Shown piece by piece: positions 28,958-37,100 of a stretch of DNA of 64,000 nucleotides (its first letter is position 1; the number at the start of each line of letters is the position of its first letter). Position numbers and translations under genes: made by a program. The notes beneath the pieces are model-generated. The model was not told the origin of the DNA and searched no databases. It worked only from the letters and a program-made list of their open reading frames with translations. The DNA comes from an uncultured Thermoplasmatales archaeon (GTDB lineage: Archaea; Thermoplasmatota; Penumbrarchaeia; Penumbrarchaeales; Penumbrarchaeaceae), in the NCBI GenBank assembly GCA_964445525.1, contig CAYULA010000002.1:34576-98575 (forward strand), written 5' to 3'.

Positions 28958-30022
28958 ATGGACCTCGATCTCTTCGATTATGATCTGCCCCAGGAGATGA
29001 TCGCACAATCGAAATCTTATCCCAGGGATATGTCCCGTCTCTTCCATCTCGATGCCAGGGGAGCTGTTTCGAGGTATCGGCATATGAGGTTCAAGGATAT
29101 CGTTGAAAAGCTTGACCCCGGTGATATCCTGATTTTGAATCGCTCCAGGGTGATCCCAGCGAGGATAAGGACCAGGAAACCCACCGGGGGAAGGTCCGAG
29201 GTATTGCTCCTTGGAAGATCGGGCCGATTTGATTGGGAAGCACTTGTCGGCGGGAAAAGGATCGAGGAAGGCATGGTTCTACTCACCAAAGTGGGTGACA
29301 TGCGGATATCCGTGGAAAGGAGATTGGAAGAGGGAAGGTGCATGGTTTGCTTTTACCGGGACGGAGAGAAGGTTCCCCACCATGAAGTTCTGGAATGGCT
29401 CAGTGAATTCGGGCTGATGCCAACTCCCCCATACATCAAAAGGATGCTCTCCGATCCCGAGGAGTATCAGACGGTTTACGGCAACATAGAGGGATCGGTT
29501 GCCGCTCCAACCGCTGGACTTCACTTCACGGACGAGCTGTTGGAGAGCATCAGGAAAAAAGGAGTGGAGGTGTTGTTTGTTGTACTCCATGTCGGGTTGG
29601 GTACTTTCGCTCCTGTCAAATCCGCCAACATCAAGGATCACGTTATGGAGGAAGAGGAATACCTGGTACCTCCGGAAGTTGCTGAAAAGATAAGGGAAGC
29701 GATCTCTGATCATGATAAAGGCAAAAAGAGGATATGGGCAGTGGGGACAACCGTCATGAGAACACTGGAATCCGCATTCGACGGCAATGGAAATCTTGTG
29801 AAATCATCGGGAAGAACCGGACTCTATATCACCCCCGGATATCAATTCAAGATTCCATACAAGGGTTTCATCACCAATTTCCATCTTCCGAGGTCCACCC
29901 CTCTGATACTTGTCTCGGCCTTTCACAACCGGGAGGGAATTCTGGATGCTTACGAGGAGGCAAAGAGGGTGGGATACAGGTTCTATTCACTCGGTGATTC
30001 CATGATGATAAGGAAGGGATGA
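28958..30022 (+). CDS. queA: S-adenosylmethionine:tRNA ribosyltransferase-isomerase (QueA)
   Basis: DLFDYDLPQEMIAQ...PRDMSRL..., ...VAAPTAGLHFTDELL..., ...VGTTVMRTLES..., ...TNFHLPRSTPLILVSAF...YRFYSLGDSMMI. These match QueA along its full length. Start at Met 28958. Confidence 0.8.
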   Translation: MDLDLFDYDLPQEMIAQSKSYPRDMSRLFHLDARGAVSRYRHMRFKDIVEKLDPGDILILNRSRVIPARIRTRKPTGGRSEVLLLGRSGRFDWEALVGGKRIEEGMVLLTKVGDMRISVERRLEEGRCMVCFYRDGEKVPHHEVLEWLSEFGLMPTPPYIKRMLSDPEEYQTVYGNIEGSVAAPTAGLHFTDELLESIRKKGVEVLFVVLHVGLGTFAPVKSANIKDHVMEEEEYLVPPEVAEKIREAISDHDKGKKRIWAVGTTVMRTLESAFDGNGNLVKSSGRTGLYITPGYQFKIPYKGFITNFHLPRSTPLILVSAFHNREGILDAYEEAKRVGYRFYSLGDSMMIRKG

Positions 30023-31161
30023 TGATGACCGTTTTCAGGCTAGAGAGAGGTGGAAGTAAAGGTCCAAGGGCCGGGATATTGAACCTCCCATCGGGGATCT
30101 CCGTCGAGACACCGCTTTTCATGCCGGTTGCCACCAAGATGTCGGTGAAAACCCTGGAACCCGATGAACTGGCAAGGACCGGAACGGGCACCGTGATAAC
30201 AAACGGTTTTCTATCGTCATTGGAACCCGGGAGCGAGGTCATAAGGACCATGGGCGGAATGCATGCGATGATGGGCTGGGACGGGGGCATCTTCTCGGAC
30301 TCGGGAGGCTTCCAGTTCATAAGGAAGGGATTCGATGCCGATGTATCCGATGAAGGTGTGGGGTTGAGGTCCCCCTTTAACGGGGAGAAGGTATTCATAA
30401 CCCCGGAAAGCGTTGTTGATATGCATACCAGGCACGGGGTGGATGTTGGCATGGTCCTTGATCATTGCCCCCCCTATCCTTCCACAAAGGAGGATCTCTC
30501 CGCTTCATCCAACCGGACCATCTATTGGGCCAGGAGATCCATTCTCAGGTTAAAGGATAATAAATTGAATGATATGCTGCCCCCGGGAAAGAAACCTCCT
30601 CTCCTGTTTGCGATCACCCAGGGAGGGACGGATTCGTCCACGAGGAAGAAGTGCACGGAAAGCCTCGTTGAGATGGATTTTCCCGGGTACGGAATAGGGG
30701 GCCTTTCCATTGGAGAATCCAAAACGGAGACCTTCAGGTCCCTGGAGGCATCGACCTCCCTCATTCCGGAGGAGAGACCGAGGTATTTCATGGGGGTGGG
30801 GGACCCTGACGATATGATCAGATCTATTATGGCGGGGGTGGATATCTTCGACAGCGTCTTCCCCACCAGGAATGCAAGGCACAGGTCTGTTTTTACCCAT
30901 TCTGGCAGGGAGAATATCAGGGCCTCGGGATGGAAGGGAAAAGAGGACCCGATCAGGAAGGAATGTATGTGTGATACATGCAGGAGATTCTCCAGGGCAT
31001 ACCTGTATCATCTTTTCAAGGCAGGGGAGCCGCTGGGTCCCAGATTGGCGACCGTGCACAACATTTTCTATCTTCAGGAACTCGTTTCCAGAATAAGGAA
31101 GCTCATATTTGAAGATGATATGAAAGGAACCTTGACTTCCACTGGAGTAATGGACCCTTGA
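30019..31161 (+). CDS. tgt: Queuine/preQ1-type tRNA-guanine transglycosylase (bacterial/eukaryotic-type Tgt, ~380 aa, no PUA extension)
   Basis: DSGGFQ, GVGDPDDM...DIFDSVFPTRNARH, and the zinc motif CMCDTCRRFSRAYLYHL. The start overlaps the queA stop, so the two form an operon. Confidence 0.8.
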   Translation: MMMTVFRLERGGSKGPRAGILNLPSGISVETPLFMPVATKMSVKTLEPDELARTGTGTVITNGFLSSLEPGSEVIRTMGGMHAMMGWDGGIFSDSGGFQFIRKGFDADVSDEGVGLRSPFNGEKVFITPESVVDMHTRHGVDVGMVLDHCPPYPSTKEDLSASSNRTIYWARRSILRLKDNKLNDMLPPGKKPPLLFAITQGGTDSSTRKKCTESLVEMDFPGYGIGGLSIGESKTETFRSLEASTSLIPEERPRYFMGVGDPDDMIRSIMAGVDIFDSVFPTRNARHRSVFTHSGRENIRASGWKGKEDPIRKECMCDTCRRFSRAYLYHLFKAGEPLGPRLATVHNIFYLQELVSRIRKLIFEDDMKGTLTSTGVMDP

Positions 31162-31382
31162 GGAAACTCGGTGCATAATTCAATGGAACGGCTGAATAAT
31201 ATACATCTATACGAAAAATTGCAATAATTCGTCAATAAGTGAACTTATTGTAGAGGTTTATCAGTTGTTCCGAAAAACTCTTATATATCATCTATTTTCA
31301 TTGGCGGGTCATGGCACTGTATTCCAAAAATGTGCCTATACCTATGGATAGGGACCTATAAAGGATCATAAGAGGTGTTAGT

Positions 31383-33971
31383 ATGGATACAAAGAACAAT
31401 AGAAAAATGGGGATGGCAGCTTCTGTCATTGTCATATTGATGGGAATGGCAGCCCTGGGATTATTCGTTCCGGGCCAGGCCAACGGAGATGCGGTATGGG
31501 ATGGCCATCTGGTCAGTTCTGCATCGGTGGACCCTACATGGGTCTACAGCACCTCAACGGTTGATGTCAACATATCATATTCACTTGCTCCCGAGGATAT
31601 GAATCTGGAGCTTTCAAATCTGACCATAACCGTTGTGGAAGTAAGTTCGGGAGTCCTTCCGATGCCGATCTATAACTGGAACAGGACAGGAGACGGCGGA
31701 ATGCCGGACAATCCTTATACCTGGTCCCTGGACGGAAGCCAGGGAATAGGTGATTGGATCATCAACGTTACCGCGGATTATCACAACTCCACTCTGGGAG
31801 ATGATCATTACGGTTCCGAAGAGATCCATTTTCAGGTGATCGACGGAACCCACATCATACAGGATATATCCGCCGAACCCAAAATAGTGAAAAACAACGG
31901 AATGGACATGGTCAACATGAGTTTCATGTTCAACAGGAACTTCGACGAGATGGACATGGACAGGACAGAGGCCATGTTCTTCCACGTGGATACCATGTCA
32001 TGGGTCGATGACGAGACCCTGATGGTTCCCGAGCCCGCACCCGAAAATATCACAGACGGATTCCACAACTCATCTGTCTGGTCACACATGACCATACCCG
32101 AGGACCTCCCTGTGGGCGAATACAAGTTCTACTTCAACTTCTTCGACAGGTGGGGATACAATGAATCCATAAACGAGACCGTCTTCGAGGTCATCTGGAA
32201 AGAGCTCCCGCCGGTGATGGTGAACGATACCATCTACATACACGAGGATGGATTCGAGATAGTCGATCTCGATGATCACTTCGAGGATGTCAACGGACAG
32301 GAGCTGATGTATTACATCAACATGTCTCAATTCGAGAACCTGATGATAACCTGGGAAGATGAGGCAGAAAACCATATCAACGTGACCGCCGCCGAGAACT
32401 ATTTCGGCACGGAGACCTTTGACCTCAATGTCACAGATGGAATAGACATGCCCGGTCACAACGTGACCTTCACCATGACGGTCAATGTCATGCCTGTGGA
32501 GGATCCGTTGATGCCGGCAGAGGACCTCACCATCGAGGTCAACGAGGTCACCAAGGAAGCCCTGTTCAATCCCCAGGATCTCTTCTACGATCCTGACGGC
32601 CCCGCCGAATTCACGGTATCGCTCGGCACCGAGATGGTGAACGTCTCCGGCAACATGACCGAGATGCCCGCATGGACCTGGACGGATGGCAACTTCTCCA
32701 TTGCGATCAACGAGACCGACAACACCGTTGGAACAGCGATCATATTGGAGGACATGGAAGAGGGAATGGCAAACTTCCCAATCTATGCGTGGATGAACGA
32801 ATCCATCGTGCTCATGGAAGAGGCAACCGTGATGGTCCAGGAGGTCAACGACGTCCCGATGCCCCTGAACGACACCTTAACGATGTTCAAGAACGAACCC
32901 TTCACAGGGAATCTCTCGGAACTGTTCATGGACCCCGACAGCGAGATGCTGAACTTCACGGTCAATGACACCATGGCCGAGAATGTTGCGGTGGAGTATG
33001 ACTGGATGACCCATACGCTGACGATCACTCCTATATTGAATTGGACAGGAACCACCACCTTCATGGTTAATGCCACAGACGGTATCGATTATCAGGAATA
33101 CACCATGAACGTTGAGGTGATCCTCAGGTCCTACGAGGTCAGCGGAACCATAACCTTCGAGGAGGTTGCCGGTGTCGATGTGAACCTCTCAAACGTCACC
33201 ATGATGATAGGTGAGACCGAGGTGGTCCTGGCGGATGACGGAACCTTCTCGGTCATGATCGAAGAGGGAGACTACGAAGTCACTCTCGAGATACCTGATG
33301 AACTCACCTATTCCGAGGCTGATGAGAGGTCCGGTTACGAGATCCCGACCCTGGATCCCATCAATCTTACAGCGGATGAGACCTACGATGTGTCTGTTAC
33401 CTACATGGAATACAATGCATCAGCCGGGGAGGCCTCCTGGGATGATCTCGACTTCGAGAATGTGGAGTTCGACGACGACGATGACCTCATGGTCATGCTT
33501 CCCGTCATGGAGGGCACAGAGAACTACACCGGATGGGACACATTCGTTGTCAAGCTGGTCATAAGGGAGTCAGATGACGAGGAGCTCAACTTCACCATGA
33601 CCTGGGACGACGATAACGACAGGTTCACCGTCACCCTAACTGACGAGGACCTGGAGGACCTTGGTGATGGCAAGAAGGAATATTACTTCATGAACGAGGA
33701 CGGGACCCTCACATCGGATGAGGAGAAGTACGAGTTCAAGAGCGAGGACGAGAACGCAGGTCCCATGACCATCATAATTCTCGTCGCATTGATCCTTCTG
33801 GTGCTCATTGCCCTTATCTTCATCATGAGGAAGCCTTCAGAAGAGGACTTCGATGAGGAAGAGGAAGATGAGGAGGAAGAGGGGAGGACCTGCCCCGGAT
33901 GCGGTGAGACCGTAACCGACGATGAAGCAGAGGAATGCCCCTACTGCGGTGAGGACCTCGAAGAAGAGTAA
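31383..33971 (+). CDS. Large (862 aa) acidic, Met/Asn-rich secreted protein with a C-terminal TM anchor and a cytoplasmic CxxC...CxxC zinc-ribbon tail
   Basis: Signal peptide (MGMAASVIVILMGMAALGLFVPGQA). Many NxT/S sequons. TM PMTIIILVALILLVLIALIFIM. Tail ...EEEDEEEEGRTCPGCGETVTDDEAEECPYCGEDLEEE. Confidence 0.55.
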   Translation: MDTKNNRKMGMAASVIVILMGMAALGLFVPGQANGDAVWDGHLVSSASVDPTWVYSTSTVDVNISYSLAPEDMNLELSNLTITVVEVSSGVLPMPIYNWNRTGDGGMPDNPYTWSLDGSQGIGDWIINVTADYHNSTLGDDHYGSEEIHFQVIDGTHIIQDISAEPKIVKNNGMDMVNMSFMFNRNFDEMDMDRTEAMFFHVDTMSWVDDETLMVPEPAPENITDGFHNSSVWSHMTIPEDLPVGEYKFYFNFFDRWGYNESINETVFEVIWKELPPVMVNDTIYIHEDGFEIVDLDDHFEDVNGQELMYYINMSQFENLMITWEDEAENHINVTAAENYFGTETFDLNVTDGIDMPGHNVTFTMTVNVMPVEDPLMPAEDLTIEVNEVTKEALFNPQDLFYDPDGPAEFTVSLGTEMVNVSGNMTEMPAWTWTDGNFSIAINETDNTVGTAIILEDMEEGMANFPIYAWMNESIVLMEEATVMVQEVNDVPMPLNDTLTMFKNEPFTGNLSELFMDPDSEMLNFTVNDTMAENVAVEYDWMTHTLTITPILNWTGTTTFMVNATDGIDYQEYTMNVEVILRSYEVSGTITFEEVAGVDVNLSNVTMMIGETEVVLADDGTFSVMIEEGDYEVTLEIPDELTYSEADERSGYEIPTLDPINLTADETYDVSVTYMEYNASAGEASWDDLDFENVEFDDDDDLMVMLPVMEGTENYTGWDTFVVKLVIRESDDEELNFTMTWDDDNDRFTVTLTDEDLEDLGDGKKEYYFMNEDGTLTSDEEKYEFKSEDENAGPMTIIILVALILLVLIALIFIMRKPSEEDFDEEEEDEEEEGRTCPGCGETVTDDEAEECPYCGEDLEEE

Positions 33972-33997
33972 TCAAGCCAGAGCAAGGTGGATATTCC

Positions 33998-34025
33998 GGG
34001 GGCTTCTTTCGAGGCCCCTTTTTTT
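33998..34025 (+). terminator. GC hairpin (GGGGC ... GCCCC) followed by T7 just after the stop of the 31383..33971 gene
   Basis: ccgggggcttctttcgaggcccc followed by ttttttt. Confidence 0.45.
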
Positions 34026-34125
34026 ATGTACATTTACAAGTAATGTTTATAAATAAAAAGATGTTTTTAATTAAGTCCAGTGTCCTGTAATTGAGGGCAG
34101 GAACAACTCTGATGGGTGAGGGAAG

Positions 34126-37100
34126 ATGAAACGAGAGGTATTCGCGGTACTGATTACATTCGGATTGTTATTGGTAACTGGAGAATCAGTTTTCGGTATA
34201 ATTGCCGAAAATGAGGATATTGAACCCATGATTCCAGAATTTGATTTTCAGTTTTCAGGAGGAAATGGGACCAAAATCAATCCATACAAAATCTCGAACA
34301 TAACGGAGCTCCAATGGATGGGAAATACGTCGAATCTGGATAAACATTTCATTTTTATAAACGATATCAATGCATCCGCAACTTTAACCTGGAATGGAGG
34401 AAATGGATTCGATCCGGTTGGTGATTCAAGCAACCGCTTCGATGGCTCGATTAACGGCAATGGTTACAAAATAATAAATTTATTAATAAACAGATCGAGT
34501 GATGACTTTGTAGGGTTGGTAGGTGATCTTGGAGTAACAGGATATCTCTCCAATATCACAATGCTAAATGCCTCGATAAATGGCGAGGACATTTGCGGAA
34601 TTCTTGCTGGCAGATCTTTCAAAGGAACAATTCATAATTGCTCCGTAAACGGATCGGTGAAAGGATCAACAAATATCGGAGGTTTGGTTGGCAGAAACCA
34701 TGAAGGAAAAATTTCAAATTGCTTTTCTGGTTGTAATGTAATCGGGAGGGGACAGAAAATTGGAGGTATGGTAGGTTATAATGAAGATGCAAAAACTTTT
34801 GAAAACTGTAGTTCAAGATCTTATGTTAAGGGAACTGAAAATGTTGGAGGATTGATTGGAGATAATGAAGGATCATTTATTGAATGGTCGAATTCAACAT
34901 CCATGGTGATTGGAACCGGAGCTGTGGGAGGTTTAATCGGGTATAATCATTTTTATTCAAGAATTACTAATTGTCATTCGAGATTTGAAATAAATTCCAC
35001 AAGAGATAATATTGGAGGACTTATCGGGAAGAATCAAAACAACTGTCCAATATTCCACAGTGGTTCAATTGGAAAAATAAATGGTAGGAATCAACTTGGA
35101 GGAATTGCAGGTTACAACAATCAAAAAATCATCAATTCATCCTCAGAGGTTGAAATAACAGGTCAAAGTATGATTGGAGGTTTAGTAGGAGAAAATCATG
35201 GAGAAATAAGGAATTGCACGGCTGATGCTGAAATTGAAGGTGTCCAAAGATTAGGAGGATTGGTTGGTGATGGTAGGGACAAATCGATTTATGATAGTAT
35301 ATCTTATGGAAATGTTACAGGAACCACTTACTATATCGGAGGATTTGTAGGTGGTATTATTTCGATTGATGTAATCAATTGTCGATCATATGCTAATGTT
35401 AATTCAACAGGAGAATATGTTGGTGGATTTGCGGGTTATCCAAGTTTATCTAATATAAAGAATAGTTTATCCGATTGTGAAGTAAAGGGAGAAACCAACG
35501 TGGGAGGTTTTTTAGGTGTAAACTCTTATTGTATCATTGAAAATTGTCATTCATTTGGATGGGTTAACAGTACAAAGGATTATACTGGCGGTTTCATAGG
35601 ATTGAATTTAGGTACGATATCAAATTGTTCCTCCCTTTCAAATGTTAACGGAAAGAAATCCACTGGAGGTTTAATTGGAAAGAACAATAATAATTATGAA
35701 ATTAAGGAATGTTTCTCCAATGGTAATGTTACAGGAACCGATTACATAGGTGGTTTAATTGGTGAGAATTACGGTAAAATCTTGAATTGTTATTCTCAAG
35801 GTGGTGTGAATGGACCTATGAATAAATTGGCATATTTTGGTGGTTTATTAGGATATAATAACGGTAGAGTAACAAATTCGTATTCCACAGGAAAAGTAAC
35901 CGGAACATTTAGGAAAGGATTCATTGGTGATAATTACGGAACAGTTCAAAATAGCTTTTGGGACTATGAATCTTCAGGAGTTACATATAGTGACGGTGGA
36001 ACAGGAAAAAACTCTTCCGAGATGAAATCTCAGAACACATTTTCATCAGCAGGATGGGATTTCAACGAAACCTGGTACATTATTGAAGATGAAACCTATC
36101 CAATGTTATCCAATAATTTAATGGATTATTCCGTTCCGGTATTTCTTGATGATTATACAAATATTTCAGGGTCTACCGGGACCAATTTTACCTTTAACAT
36201 TAGTGTAACAGATAATATTGGTTTAAGTTTTGTAATGGTAGAATTCTGGTATGGCAATGGTTCGCATTTAGAAAAACAATTGAAGCTCAATAATACATAT
36301 AAAACCTTTACTGAATTGCCCGTTAATTCCACTGATACCCTATATTATTTTTTTCACGCAAGAGATTTCAAGGGAAATACTAATTCTACACCAATAAAAA
36401 ATGTAACAATCAATGATATTTTGATCCCGTTTTTTAGTAATGAAACAACACAAAATAATGGTACGACCGGTGATCAATTTCAATTCAAGATATATGCATA
36501 TGACAATATCGGTATCCAGAACGTATATTTGGAATATTGGTCAAACTTCACAAAGAAAACTAATGTTTCCATGGAGGAAAACGGTTATTTTATCAAAAAT
36601 ATACTTTTACCCTCCAATGTAACAAATATCTCTTATCAGTTCCATGCAGTGGATTTATCTTTCAATTGGAAAAGCACAGATGTAAAAACTTTATTAGTAT
36701 TGGATAACGACAAACCTCTATTTGGTAAGGACCTCACTGCTGATAACTGGACAACAGGAGATATTGTCGAATTTTCCATTATTGTACAGGATAATATCAA
36801 TGTCAATAGTGTCAAAATAGAATACTGGTTCGGTTCGGGACCTCGATTCAATGAATCCATGGTTTTCGATTCTGGATCCTATACCTTCGATCTCATGATC
36901 CCCCCGGATTCGCTTGATCAGCTTCACTACATCTTCCATGCGGTGGATACCTCGGGCAACTGGAACAGGACCGATCAGATCGATGTGGCTGTTCTGGATG
37001 ATGATAGACCAATCTTTGGTATGGATGGATCTGCGGTTCTGGGAACCACAGGTGAACAGTACCGTTTCGGAATCGGAGTGGTTGACAATATCGGTATCGA

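Noticed and set aside
28846-29083. 80-aa N-terminal extension of the CcdA-fusion protein (MPIPRNSSPGIEMEETGHIPG...)
   Set aside because: The extension is hydrophilic and does not look like a domain. The internal Met at 28846 is followed immediately by a signal-peptide-like hydrophobic stretch, and it leaves a sensible 111-bp divergent intergenic region with queA. The shorter model is preferred.
28958-31161. The idea that queA-tgt marks this contig as bacterial, or as a chimeric assembly
   Set aside because: Flanking genes on both sides within a few kb are unambiguously archaeal: tfb, Rpo3, r-proteins of archaeal type, proteasome, aCPSF1. GC and codon usage of the operon look native. This is kept as a horizontal-acquisition finding instead.
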